DNA from: Bacilli bacterium
Lineage (GTDB): Bacteria > Bacillota_I > Bacilli_A > RF39 > UBA660
Length of the DNA stretch: 59,947 nt
Reading direction: 5' to 3'
Assembly (NCBI GenBank): GCA_028693275.1
Contig: JAQUVS010000004.1
Location: forward strand, 1-59,947
Shown: positions 17,173 to 27,417 of the stretch, in pieces
Numbering within the stretch: the first letter of the stretch is position 1
How the letters are laid out: each line of letters opens with the position of its first letter
Position numbers and translations under genes: made by a program
Notes under the pieces: model-generated
Told to the model about the DNA's origin: nothing
The model's input: the letters and a program-made list of their open reading frames with translations, nothing else
The model's database searches: none

Positions 17173-17201
17173 ATTATACCATTATGCTTTTACTTTTTCA
17201 A
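17173..17201 (-). promoter_or_regulatory. sigmaA promoter of the T-box/thrS transcript
   Basis: TTGAAA (17196-17201, inside the last codons of the RNB gene), 17 nt, TG-g-TATAAT (17173-17178). Confidence 0.8.
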
Positions 17202-19127
17202 TATCTTTATTTTTTCATATTCGTTAGAGAAACTTTCTACATTTATTCTTCTTGCATTTATATAATTACATTGCTCTTTTAAGAAGTCTTCTAATGCATA
17301 TATTTTTTTATCTTCTACTTTTTTATCTATTATTTCGTCCATACAAACATTTGCTACTATATCAGCACTTCTTCTTAAAGGACTTGTTACGTGTGAATAA
17401 GTATCTAAATTAAGACCAAAATGTCCTAGGCATTTTGTATCATAATATGACCTTGGATACATCTTTTGATATGTTTCAATTATATTTCTTATTTCTATAT
17501 TTTCTGGATCTTCATCCATTTTTAATTTAAAGCTTTCTATTTTTTCTTGTAATATTGGATCTTCTTGATGATTTCTATATATGAATGGTAACTTATTATC
17601 ATAAAAATATTTAGCTGTTAAATGATTGGTTAAAATCATTGTTCTTTCTACTAATTTTTCTGCACTTGTTTTTCCTATGATATTTGTAGATGTTGTATTT
17701 TTTTCATTTCTAGTAACTTGATAATAAATATCATCTATTTTGACTAATTTTGCTAAAATATTAGAAACTTGCTCTAATTTGTTTATTGTGTCATCTAAAA
17801 CTATATCACCTGTTGGTTTTTCTAACATTTGATTAAATTGTTTATAAGACATTTTTTTAGTTACAAATATAGCTGTTTTTTTAACATTGTAAGAAACTAT
17901 TTCTGAATTGTTAGTTAATTCTATTTCATAAGTTCTTGCTAAGCGATAACTTCTACTTTTTAATGATAGAAATTCTTTTGTTAGTTCCTTAGGAAATTGT
18001 GGAATAACACCATCTGACAAATATATAGATGTAGTTCTTTTTAGAGCTTCATCATATATAATACTATTATTTTTTACTAAGCCTACTGGATCAGCTATAT
18101 GAACTTTCAATAGATAATTACCATTAATAAGTTTAATAACAGATAATCCATCATCTATTTCTTCAGCATTTTCTCCATCTATTGTTAAAATACATTCTTC
18201 TTGAGGAATTATTATTCTTCCATCTAAACATTTTTTAGACATACATTTTTTTGTTAATCTAACTTCAGATAAAATATCCTCTTCAAAATCATCATCTATA
18301 TCATATTTATATTTTATTTTCTTTATAGTTTTTTCTTCTGATAAAATATTTTCAGTAAATAATTTTTCTTTTAAATTATTAATCCAAAATATAAATTTTC
18401 TTTTAGTTTGTTCTGTATATTCTTCTTTTTTTAATGATGATAAATATTTTTCTATTTGTTTTAGTTTTGGTGAATGTAATTGTAGTTTATTAAACTCTTT
18501 ACTATTAATAAATAAATCTATTATTTTATCATAATAAATTAGGTCTGCATTACTTGATAATTCTTTTAGATTAGTATATCCAGTAAGAACAGTTAAATAG
18601 TTATATATTATTTTTTCTAATATATAATTATCATTCTCATCTTTTATATTTGTTATATATGGAAACTTTTCTATTGCATCTTCTATTAATGGAAGGTTTT
18701 TTATTTCAAAAACTAAAAGATTAATAAAATTATATGTTTCATTATTACAATCATCTATATAATCATATAGATATGATAAAGTTACTGCTTCTAAATCATT
18801 TATTATTTTCTTTAATGTTTTATAATTTTGATTAGTTTTATTTATATGGCCTGGTTTTTCAATTAATTTGTTTTTTATTTTTGTATGAATATCTTGAATT
18901 AATAAATAAATTTTATCTTTATCTGAATCATTATTTTTAGATAAAGTCACTCTTAAAACATACATTATATCTTTAATGTTACTATTTTTAGATAAATCTT
19001 CAAAGTTATAATTGTCTATTTCTTTTTCAAATAATTCAAGTATAGTTTTTGTTCCAACTTTTTTAAGCTCATTATTTTTTTTATCATTTGCTTTTTTTAT
19101 TATTAATCTTAATTCTTCAATAGTCAT
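17190..19127 (-). CDS. Stand-alone RNB (RNase II/R catalytic) domain protein with novel ~300-aa N-terminus
   Basis: LTIDGENAEEIDDGLS, VHIADP, RTTSIYL, LSLK, VERTMILTN, FIYRNH, HFGLNLDTYSHVTSPLRRSAD; no cold-shock or S1 domain visible. Confidence 0.85.
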   Translation of the reverse strand: MTIEELRLIIKKANDKKNNELKKVGTKTILELFEKEIDNYNFEDLSKNSNIKDIMYVLRVTLSKNNDSDKDKIYLLIQDIHTKIKNKLIEKPGHINKTNQNYKTLKKIINDLEAVTLSYLYDYIDDCNNETYNFINLLVFEIKNLPLIEDAIEKFPYITNIKDENDNYILEKIIYNYLTVLTGYTNLKELSSNADLIYYDKIIDLFINSKEFNKLQLHSPKLKQIEKYLSSLKKEEYTEQTKRKFIFWINNLKEKLFTENILSEEKTIKKIKYKYDIDDDFEEDILSEVRLTKKCMSKKCLDGRIIIPQEECILTIDGENAEEIDDGLSVIKLINGNYLLKVHIADPVGLVKNNSIIYDEALKRTTSIYLSDGVIPQFPKELTKEFLSLKSRSYRLARTYEIELTNNSEIVSYNVKKTAIFVTKKMSYKQFNQMLEKPTGDIVLDDTINKLEQVSNILAKLVKIDDIYYQVTRNEKNTTSTNIIGKTSAEKLVERTMILTNHLTAKYFYDNKLPFIYRNHQEDPILQEKIESFKLKMDEDPENIEIRNIIETYQKMYPRSYYDTKCLGHFGLNLDTYSHVTSPLRRSADIVANVCMDEIIDKKVEDKKIYALEDFLKEQCNYINARRINVESFSNEYEKIKILKK

Positions 19128-19138
19128 ATATTTATCTC

Positions 19139-20059
19139 CTATTGTCTTCTATTTTTGCTTGATAACTCCTCATTTTTAGTTAATTGTTTTATTCTTTCTA
19201 TAATTCTTCTTGCTTTTACTTTATCGATTTTATTATTTGTTGATGCTAAGTGTTCTTCTAATTGTTCTAAGTTTAAATTTGATGTAAAGAATGTTGGTAA
19301 TTTTTCATCCATTCTATATTGAAGTAATGAGCCTAAAATTTCATCTCTTGCCCACGGTGTTAAATTTTCTGCTCCTATATCATCTAAAAGAAGAAGATCT
19401 ACTTTTTTTATGTGATTAAATTTATCTTTATATTCACTTCCATCGTTAGAAAATGATTCTTTTAAACTTCTTAAAAATTCAGGAAAATATATCATACCAC
19501 TACGAATATTTTTTTTAGCTAATTCATTAAAAAGTGCTGCTATTAAAAATGTTTTCCCAGAACCAAAACTTCCATGTAAATATAATCCTTTAGGTTTATC
19601 GCCTTTATTGTAATTATCAATAAATTCTTTAAAATATTTGATTATGTCCATTCTATTTTTATCATCTAAATAAATATCTTTAATATTTGCTTTTGTTATT
19701 TCTTTAGGTATTTGAAAATATTCAACATTATCTTTATATTTATTATCATTTTCTTGTTTTTTTAAATATTCGCATGCTACGAAATCAAAATTAATTATAT
19801 TATCATTTTGAGTTGGACAATACATATATCCTTCAAGTTTATTTTTACAAAAACTTAATCCTTTACAATTATTACAATTTTTAAATTCGTTAGCACATTC
19901 TTCTATTGTAGAAGTATATTTTTTGGCTAAATCATTATCTAATTTTCTAATATTAATTAAGTCTTTAAAATAAGGATTATTTAAAGCTTCTTTAAAACTA
20001 ATATCTAATTCATTATTGTTATTACTATTATAATTAATTGTTTCAGTTATATTTTTCAT
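19139..20059 (-). CDS. dnaI: Primosomal protein DnaI (helicase loader)
   Basis: N-terminal Cys cluster, KGLYLHGSFGSGKT, LLLLDDIGAE, WARDEILG, TFFTSN, RIIERI. Confidence 0.96.
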   Translation of the reverse strand: MKNITETINYNSNNNNELDISFKEALNNPYFKDLINIRKLDNDLAKKYTSTIEECANEFKNCNNCKGLSFCKNKLEGYMYCPTQNDNIINFDFVACEYLKKQENDNKYKDNVEYFQIPKEITKANIKDIYLDDKNRMDIIKYFKEFIDNYNKGDKPKGLYLHGSFGSGKTFLIAALFNELAKKNIRSGMIYFPEFLRSLKESFSNDGSEYKDKFNHIKKVDLLLLDDIGAENLTPWARDEILGSLLQYRMDEKLPTFFTSNLNLEQLEEHLASTNNKIDKVKARRIIERIKQLTKNEELSSKNRRQ

Positions 20060-20069
20060 TTAATCCTCC

Positions 20070-21380
20070 TTAAATTATATCTTTTAATATTCTTTTCATC
20101 TCTTCTTGTTCTTCTTCTGTTGTTTCTTCGTTTGTTAATTCTTTGTTAAACCAATCAGGTAATACTTCTTCTTTAATATTTTTTGGAGTAAATACTTTTG
20201 GTGTAAAATTATCAGATAATTTTTTCTTCATTTTCTTATGTTCTTTTTCTGATACTTTCATTGCTTCTTCTACTGTTTCTATATTTAATCTTTTCCATTG
20301 TCCTGCAATTGTTTCAACATAGTTTTTATTTAATTTTTGATTATTTATTTTTAATACATAAGCAATTAGAACGTTTACTACTCCTGGTTTTAATTGTAAA
20401 TCTACTAATAAACTTTCAATTAATTTTAAATCTCTAATTGATGGTTCGCCTGTTTTATATTTACTTCTTAAGTAATCATATGGGGTTGCATTTTCAAAAG
20501 TATAAACCATTTTAGCCCATTTTGAATTATCTCCTACAGGAGTTTTAAGATACTCTGGTTGAGTTGAATAAATCAAAGTTGGAAGTTTTCCTTCTTCTTC
20601 AAATTGATAAAAATTTCTACAGTCTTTTCTTAATTGATTTTTATCTATAGTTCCTTTTTCATTAATACTATTTCTAACTAATCCTTGCATAGATAAATCA
20701 TCTATATTGTATATGAATGATAAATTATTTATTAAATCTTTTACTTCTTCAGTAAAGCATCTTTCATTTATCATATTTTTAGGAATAGAAGATATAAGTA
20801 AATTGAAGTCTACTCCTTTTTCTAAGATTAATTTATTTGTATTATTTTTGGCAATATCATCATTTTCCATGAAAATATTACCACTTACAGATGAAAAAAC
20901 TTCATTAAATGAGCAAGTGACATCATTGTAATCTTTAATATTTAACTTAGGTATTTTAAAATAATCAACTATCTTTTCATATTCTTTTTTTCCTAAATTA
21001 TTATATAAAACAACATTAAGAATTGGATGATTTAAGAAGTCTGAGGGGCTTAAAGGAGAGTATATCAAGTATATATAATCATTTACATTTCCTTCTTTAA
21101 TTAGGGTCTTTATTAGACCTACTGCTTCTAATTTTCTTCTGGCTATTGTTACATCTTCTAGTCTTAATTGCATAGTTGACATTAAGTGATGATGAGTTAA
21201 AATATCACTATTTATTTCATGTTTATCTAAGTCATCAATTAAGGTAAAATATAAGCTTGTTGCAATATGACCTATTATTGGTTGGTACAACATAGTTATT
21301 ATCTTTCTATCTATTGTTTTTATGATAGTTTTATTTACTACAGTATAAGTATCTGCTGGTAAAATAGTTAAATTTTTCAT
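20070..21380 (-). CDS. dnaB: Replication initiation and membrane attachment protein DnaB (Bacillota type)
   Basis: LYQPIIG, RRKLEAVGL, PLSPSDF, PGVVNVLIAY, IAGQW; upstream of dnaI. Confidence 0.93.
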   Translation of the reverse strand: MKNLTILPADTYTVVNKTIIKTIDRKIITMLYQPIIGHIATSLYFTLIDDLDKHEINSDILTHHHLMSTMQLRLEDVTIARRKLEAVGLIKTLIKEGNVNDYIYLIYSPLSPSDFLNHPILNVVLYNNLGKKEYEKIVDYFKIPKLNIKDYNDVTCSFNEVFSSVSGNIFMENDDIAKNNTNKLILEKGVDFNLLISSIPKNMINERCFTEEVKDLINNLSFIYNIDDLSMQGLVRNSINEKGTIDKNQLRKDCRNFYQFEEEGKLPTLIYSTQPEYLKTPVGDNSKWAKMVYTFENATPYDYLRSKYKTGEPSIRDLKLIESLLVDLQLKPGVVNVLIAYVLKINNQKLNKNYVETIAGQWKRLNIETVEEAMKVSEKEHKKMKKKLSDNFTPKVFTPKNIKEEVLPDWFNKELTNEETTEEEQEEMKRILKDII

Positions 21381-21463
21381 ATTTCACCTCCGTATAAAGT
21401 TATTATAACTTATAAATTCTTTTTTGTGGTATATAAATTAAAAAATAGTTAAGAAATTCTTAA

Positions 21464-22237
21464 CTATTTTAAAAGATTAAATATATTATATATAGAATTA
21501 ATATCTACTTTTAGCATAAATAATAATACTAAAGATATAAGTATAAATGGACCGAATGGAATAACATTATTTTTATTTACTATATATATAACTGCTGATA
21601 CTGGTAAAGCTATTAAACTTGATAGGAATATTACAAATAATCCTACTACTGGATGTAGTACTAATCCTACTACAAACATAAGTTTTATATCTCCTCCACC
21701 CATGCTTTCTTTTTTAAACATAAAGTTTCCAAGTAACATTATCAAGTACATAACAGTAAGTAATAATAAACCACTTCCTATAGCTAACATTCCACCTTTA
21801 AATCCTAGATCAATAAATTTAACTATTATTATTAATATTGAAAAAAAGATTGTTACTTCATCTGGAATAATTAGATAATTAACATCACTAACAATTACAA
21901 TCATTAAAAATGAGCAAATTGATAAAGCTATTATTAAATCTAAGGAAATTCCAAAGGAATAGTATGAAACCATAAATAAAAGTCCTGTTACAGCTTCAGT
22001 AAATGGATAAAAGAATGATATTTTTTTATGACATTTACGACATTTTCCGCCTTGAATTAAATATGAAATTATTGGAAATAATTCATACCATTTCAATTCT
22101 TTTTTACATTTGGGACAGTATGATTTCTTTGGATTTGTTAAAGAACCTCCTGTTGATAATCGATATCCCACAACATTATAGAAGGAACCAAAAATGGTTC
22201 CCATTATAAATGCTATTATTAAATAATATGTTTGCAT
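21464..22237 (-). CDS. pilD: Prepilin peptidase/N-methyltransferase (A24, PilD/ComC)
   Basis: GSFYNVV, CPKC...CRKC zinc domain, SDVNYLIIPD, MGGGDIKL, IPFGPFI. Confidence 0.95.
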   Translation of the reverse strand: MQTYYLIIAFIMGTIFGSFYNVVGYRLSTGGSLTNPKKSYCPKCKKELKWYELFPIISYLIQGGKCRKCHKKISFFYPFTEAVTGLLFMVSYYSFGISLDLIIALSICSFLMIVIVSDVNYLIIPDEVTIFFSILIIIVKFIDLGFKGGMLAIGSGLLLLTVMYLIMLLGNFMFKKESMGGGDIKLMFVVGLVLHPVVGLFVIFLSSLIALPVSAVIYIVNKNNVIPFGPFILISLVLLFMLKVDINSIYNIFNLLK

Positions 22238-22258
22238 AATCTTCCTGCCTTTCTAGTA

Positions 22259-23767
22259 CTAGCCAATTTCTCCATAAATACTAAACATTGGTAGAATTAC
22301 TGATAATAGGATAAAACCTACTGCTACTGCTAAGAAAACAATAGTTAATGGTTCTATTAAGCTTTTAACAGCTGATATAGAGTTTTTATGTAATTCGTTA
22401 TAATGATCAGAAACTTTTTCCATCATTATTCCTAATTGACCTGTAGATTCACCTGTAACTAACATTTCGTATGCAACAATTGGGAAAGCCCATTGTCCAC
22501 GGAATGATTCAGATATTTTACCACCTTTACTTAAGGTATTTAATGTATTCATAATTATTTCTTTAAAAATTTCGTTATTTGATATTTTTGACAAAATTTC
22601 CATACTATCTGTTATATGAACACTATGGTTTAATAATGAAGCAAATGTTTTAGTAAACATTGTTACTTCGTTATAAATTATAATTTTACCAAATACAGGT
22701 AATTTCATATAAAAAGTTTGAACTGAACGTCTAAATGATTTAATATTTTGAAATAAATTTCTATAGACAACAAGTAAAAATACTAAAACACCAACTATAT
22801 ACATCCAATTGTTTCCTAAAAAACCACTTATTCCAACAGTAAATTGAGTTATTGCTGGTAATGCAGCTTCTTGATCTGCATACATCTTTGTAAAGTTTGG
22901 AACTACATATACCAAACAGAATATAACAACCATTACTGACATTGAAAATACTACTGCAGGATATGCTAACGCTGAAATCATTGCCTTTTTGGTTTTTTCA
23001 ATTGATGTATAGTAATCACTCATTTCTTCTAATGTTGTTGGTAAGTCACCTGTCATTTCAGATGTTTTTACCATGTTTATTAAAAGTCTTGGAAAAACAT
23101 TATTTTGATTTTCTAAAGCTTTAGAAAAATTTTCTCCGGTAACAAGATCATATACTATTCTCTCATAAATTTTTCTTTTGTTTGGGTTAGTAGACTGCTT
23201 AGCAAGGATTCTAATAGAGTCTATTAGAGGGATACCTGCTTTTATATATGTTGCTAATTGCGTAAGCGCAAAAGACAATTCACCTGTTTTAAGCTTTCCT
23301 GATTTAAATAATGATATGTCTATAGAAGACATTGGCTTTTTAGCTGTTATACTAACTATTTCATATCCTTCATTAATTAAAAAGGCTTTTACTTCTTCAA
23401 CACTTTGAGCATCGAAAGAACTTTTTGTAATTTGTCCAATATCATTTTTTACAACGTAATCAAAAGTAGTACGTTTTTTGTGTACATCTGTTTTTGGTAA
23501 TTGATTTGGATTATTTCTTGATATAGATGCTGAGTTACTTCTTATTTCTTCTTCTAAAGTTTCTGTTCTGTCATTACTTATAGTTGATACTTGTTGTCTT
23601 TGAACAGGTTGTTCAACACTCATCTTTAATTCTTTTTGCTCTTGTTTTTGTTTCCTAATTAGTTCTTGTTGTTCTAATTTTTCTATGCTAGTATTACCGT
23701 TAATTAACTTCATAGGGTACATAATAATATTTTTTATCGCATGATATGTTCCTGTAAAAATATTCAT
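22259..23767 (-). CDS. pilC: Type IV pilus platform protein PilC (GspF family) with ~100-aa N-terminal extension
   Basis: FDYVVKNDIGQITKSSFDAQS start motif, two T2SSF domains (QLATYIKAGIPL; GEMTGDL/GESTGQL), LIEPL..LPMFSIY. Confidence 0.92.
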   Translation of the reverse strand: MNIFTGTYHAIKNIIMYPMKLINGNTSIEKLEQQELIRKQKQEQKELKMSVEQPVQRQQVSTISNDRTETLEEEIRSNSASISRNNPNQLPKTDVHKKRTTFDYVVKNDIGQITKSSFDAQSVEEVKAFLINEGYEIVSITAKKPMSSIDISLFKSGKLKTGELSFALTQLATYIKAGIPLIDSIRILAKQSTNPNKRKIYERIVYDLVTGENFSKALENQNNVFPRLLINMVKTSEMTGDLPTTLEEMSDYYTSIEKTKKAMISALAYPAVVFSMSVMVVIFCLVYVVPNFTKMYADQEAALPAITQFTVGISGFLGNNWMYIVGVLVFLLVVYRNLFQNIKSFRRSVQTFYMKLPVFGKIIIYNEVTMFTKTFASLLNHSVHITDSMEILSKISNNEIFKEIIMNTLNTLSKGGKISESFRGQWAFPIVAYEMLVTGESTGQLGIMMEKVSDHYNELHKNSISAVKSLIEPLTIVFLAVAVGFILLSVILPMFSIYGEIG

Positions 23768-23854
23768 TTTGTATCCTCCCTTACTATTCTTATACTTTAT
23801 AGTATAACATAAAGAATTTTAATTTAAAACTATTTTTTAATAAAAAAAATAAAG

Positions 23855-24511
23855 TTAAATTTTATTTATTAACTTTATTTCTCTTTTTAATTTATATCTT
23901 TTAATTATTTGATTTTTAGGAATCATTTTATGTATTTCTTTTAATCTTTTCTTTTCATTTTCAATTAATTCTAAAAAAAGTTGTTCTTTATTTTTAATTA
24001 AAATAGGACCATATAATATTTCTAATTTATTGTATCTTTTTTTACCTTTTTTAAACTCTAAAATAGTATATACAATTCCTTTTTCTTTAATTAGCTCTTC
24101 ATTTGATATATAATATTTCATCTTTATCAAATGTTTTCTAACTAAATTTATATCATTGTTAGGAGATAGAACAATTTTATTAATATTCTTAATTTTTCTT
24201 TTATCATTTAGAATATCAATAATTGTCTTACCGCCCATACCAGAAATTACTATTGTATCTGTTTTTTCATCGATGGTATCTATTCCATTTCCTAATTTTA
24301 CTTCAATTTTGTCATATAAATTATATTTTTCTATATTAGCTTTTGCTTGTATCAATGGATTTTTATTTATATCTGATGCTATTACTTTTATGTTATTTCT
24401 ATTTAAACATAAATATATTCCTAATAAAGAATGATCACAACCTACATCTATAATATTAGAATTATCTTCTATGTAATTAGATATTGCTTTTAGTCTATTA
24501 TTTATTTTCAT
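23855..24511 (-). CDS. trmK: tRNA (adenine22-N1)-methyltransferase TrmK
   Basis: RLKAI, DVGCDHSLL, IVISGMGG, YGPIL; downstream of rpoD. Confidence 0.93.
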   Translation of the reverse strand: MKINNRLKAISNYIEDNSNIIDVGCDHSLLGIYLCLNRNNIKVIASDINKNPLIQAKANIEKYNLYDKIEVKLGNGIDTIDEKTDTIVISGMGGKTIIDILNDKRKIKNINKIVLSPNNDINLVRKHLIKMKYYISNEELIKEKGIVYTILEFKKGKKRYNKLEILYGPILIKNKEQLFLELIENEKKRLKEIHKMIPKNQIIKRYKLKREIKLINKI

Positions 24512-24512
24512 A

Positions 24513-25616
24513 TTAATCAGTTAAAAAGTCTTTTAATTTTCTTGATCTAGATGGATGTCTAAGTTTTCTTAAGGCTTTCGCTTCTATTTGTCTAATTCTT
24601 TCTCTAGTTACTCCAAAGATTTGTCCAACTTCTTCTAATGTGCGGCATTGTCCATCATCTAATCCAAATCTAAGTCTTAAAACTTTTTCTTCTCTATCTG
24701 TTAATGTTAAAAGAACATTACTTAACTCTTCTTTAAGCATTTCTACTGTTGCATATTCTTCTGGTCCCATTGTTCTTTCATCCCTAATAAAATCACCTAA
24801 ATGAGAATCTTCTTCTTCACCTATTGGAGTTTCTAAAGATACAGGATCTTGAGAAATCTTGTAAACTTCTCTTACTTTTTCAATGTTAATGCCAAGTTTC
24901 TTAGCTATTTCATCATCTGTAGGTTCCCTATTTAATTCTTGAGTCAATTGTCTTTGTACTCTTGCCAATTTATTAATTGTTTCTACCATATGTACAGGAA
25001 CTCTTATAGTTCTAGCTTGGTCAGCAATGGCTCTAGTAATTGCTTGTCTTATCCACCATGTTGCATATGTTGAAAATTTATATCCTTTTGTTGGATCAAA
25101 TTTATCTACTGCTTTCATAAGACCTATATTACCTTCTTGGATAAGGTCAAGGAATAACATTCCTCTACCTACATAGCGTTTTGCTATTGATACAACTAAA
25201 CGTAGGTTTGATTCTGCTAACATTTTTTTCGCATATTCATCACCTTGTTCAGCTAATTTTGCATATTCAAATTCTTCATCAGAAGTAAGCAAGTTAATTT
25301 TACCTATTTCTTTTAAATACATTCTTACTGGATCATTTATTTTTATATCTTTTGATAAAGATAATTCTTCTACATCAATTAAAAGTGGTTCTTCAATATC
25401 AATTGGTTCTCCACCTGAAGCTGGTTCTGCATCTTCAGCTACTATTTCAATACCTTCTTCAACAAAAGTATTATATAAATCATCTAATGTATCACTATCA
25501 ATTTCTAATCCTTTTAATTCATCAGCTAATTGTTCATAAGTGATTGTTCCATTCTTTTTACCTATTTTAAGTAAGCTTTCTTTTCTTTCTTCAATCGTTT
25601 TTATTACACTTGCCAT
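24513..25616 (-). CDS. rpoD: RNA polymerase primary sigma factor SigA/RpoD
   Basis: [52 protein letters not shown]. Confidence 0.99.
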   Translation of the reverse strand: MASVIKTIEERKESLLKIGKKNGTITYEQLADELKGLEIDSDTLDDLYNTFVEEGIEIVAEDAEPASGGEPIDIEEPLLIDVEELSLSKDIKINDPVRMYLKEIGKINLLTSDEEFEYAKLAEQGDEYAKKMLAESNLRLVVSIAKRYVGRGMLFLDLIQEGNIGLMKAVDKFDPTKGYKFSTYATWWIRQAITRAIADQARTIRVPVHMVETINKLARVQRQLTQELNREPTDDEIAKKLGINIEKVREVYKISQDPVSLETPIGEEEDSHLGDFIRDERTMGPEEYATVEMLKEELSNVLLTLTDREEKVLRLRFGLDDGQCRTLEEVGQIFGVTRERIRQIEAKALRKLRHPSRSRKLKDFLTD

Positions 25617-25622
25617 TTAAAT

Positions 25623-27353
25623 TCAACTCCCTATTTTCAATAATTTGATTCGTTCTGCTATTTTCGCTTGTTCTAATGGATTGATTTCTTTTTTTATTAA
25701 TTCTTGTAATCTCTTAATTTCTTGAATAATATTGTATTCTTTTACTACATTTATATATTCCATCATTACAGAATCATTAATATTTTCTTCTAAATCCAAA
25801 GAAACTATTTCATTTAACAATGACAATAATTCTTCTTTATTACTTAAATATGTATAAAAATCTGCTAAATTGATATTTCCATATTTTCTAAAGTAGAAAA
25901 TTATTTCACTTACTAAATTTCTTTGAACTGTTGTTGGAAAAATAATTCCTTCATTTTCATAGTACTTTATCATTTTAGGATTTTCAATCATGTAATAAAG
26001 ACATGCTAAAATTGCTATATAATATTTATCTTTTCTTTTTTCAGTAGTAACCTTTGTATATTTTATAGGTTCTTTTCTATCAATATTATTTAACTTTTCT
26101 TGCAACCTTTTTTCTAGGGTATTATAACCTATATTGAACTCATTTGCAAGGTTTTTGAGCATTATTTCTCTTCTTATATCATCTTTTACTTTACTTATTT
26201 CTATTATTACATTATCTAAGTATCTAGATAGTTCTTCATCACTTTTAAAATTAATACCTTTTCTTAAATATTTTATTTTAAAGTCATTATAATTTATTGC
26301 ATTCTCTAATAATACTTCAAATCTTTCTTTTCCATATTTTATTATATAATCATCTGGATCTAGGTTTTCTGGTAATTCTATTACTTTAACATTGACATCC
26401 ATATTTGATAGTTGTTCTCCGTTAACTAGTGTTGCATGACTACCAGCATCATCACCATCCAAACATAAAACAATATTATTTGATAATCTTTTTATTAGTT
26501 CTGCTTGTTCTTTTGTCATTGCTGTTCCCATTAACGAGACAACATTTTTAATTTCTACAGTACTTGCTCTAATACAACCCATGAATCCTTCCATGACAAT
26601 AATTTGTTTTTTTAATCTTGCTGCATCTCTTGCACGATGGTAATTATATAGATTATTACCTTTTTGGAAAATTGGTGTTCCTTTTGTATTAATGTATTTA
26701 TTTTCTTTTAAATTTGTATTATAAATTCTTCCAGAAAAACCTACTACTCTACCATTTAAGTCATGTAGAGGAAACATTATTCTATCAATATAAATATCAT
26801 GATCTTGATTTGATAAACCTATATTATTTAGTGTATTTATAGGATAATTTTTTTGTAATAAAATATTAGTTAAATCATTATCTTGTTTTAAACTAAGACC
26901 AATTCCAAATTCTTTTATAGTTGTATCATCTAGGTTTCTCATCTGTAAATATTCTTTTGCTTTTTTACCTAATTGAGTATTTAAATTATTCTGAAAATAT
27001 TTATTTGTAATATCATAAATATCATAGTATTCTTGATATTTTTCTTTTTTTTCAGTTATTTTAAGACCCTTTATTTCTAAGTTTTGTTTTTTAGCTAAAA
27101 ATTCTAATGTTTCCCTAAAAGACAAATGTTCATAGTCCATAACAAAGTTAAAGACATTTCCGCTTGCTCCACAAGAAAAGCATCTATATATTTGTTTTTC
27201 TCTAGATACACTCATTGATGGATTTGTATCCTCATGAAAAGGACAAACTCCAAAGTGATTTTTACCTTTTAAAGTTAGAGGAATATATGAAGATATTAAA
27301 TCAACTATATCTGTTTTATTACGAATTTCATTAATTATATCGTGTTCATTCAT
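25623..27353 (-). CDS. dnaG: DNA primase
   Basis: CPFH...CFSC zinc domain, RIMFP, KYINT, EGFM, LDGDDAG, DPDD. Confidence 0.97.
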   Translation of the reverse strand: MNEHDIINEIRNKTDIVDLISSYIPLTLKGKNHFGVCPFHEDTNPSMSVSREKQIYRCFSCGASGNVFNFVMDYEHLSFRETLEFLAKKQNLEIKGLKITEKKEKYQEYYDIYDITNKYFQNNLNTQLGKKAKEYLQMRNLDDTTIKEFGIGLSLKQDNDLTNILLQKNYPINTLNNIGLSNQDHDIYIDRIMFPLHDLNGRVVGFSGRIYNTNLKENKYINTKGTPIFQKGNNLYNYHRARDAARLKKQIIVMEGFMGCIRASTVEIKNVVSLMGTAMTKEQAELIKRLSNNIVLCLDGDDAGSHATLVNGEQLSNMDVNVKVIELPENLDPDDYIIKYGKERFEVLLENAINYNDFKIKYLRKGINFKSDEELSRYLDNVIIEISKVKDDIRREIMLKNLANEFNIGYNTLEKRLQEKLNNIDRKEPIKYTKVTTEKRKDKYYIAILACLYYMIENPKMIKYYENEGIIFPTTVQRNLVSEIIFYFRKYGNINLADFYTYLSNKEELLSLLNEIVSLDLEENINDSVMMEYINVVKEYNIIQEIKRLQELIKKEINPLEQAKIAERIKLLKIGS

Positions 27354-27417
27354 AGTAAACCTCCTTTTTCTTTATTATTATACACTATAAAAGCAAAAAA
27401 AGTATTAAAAAATACTT

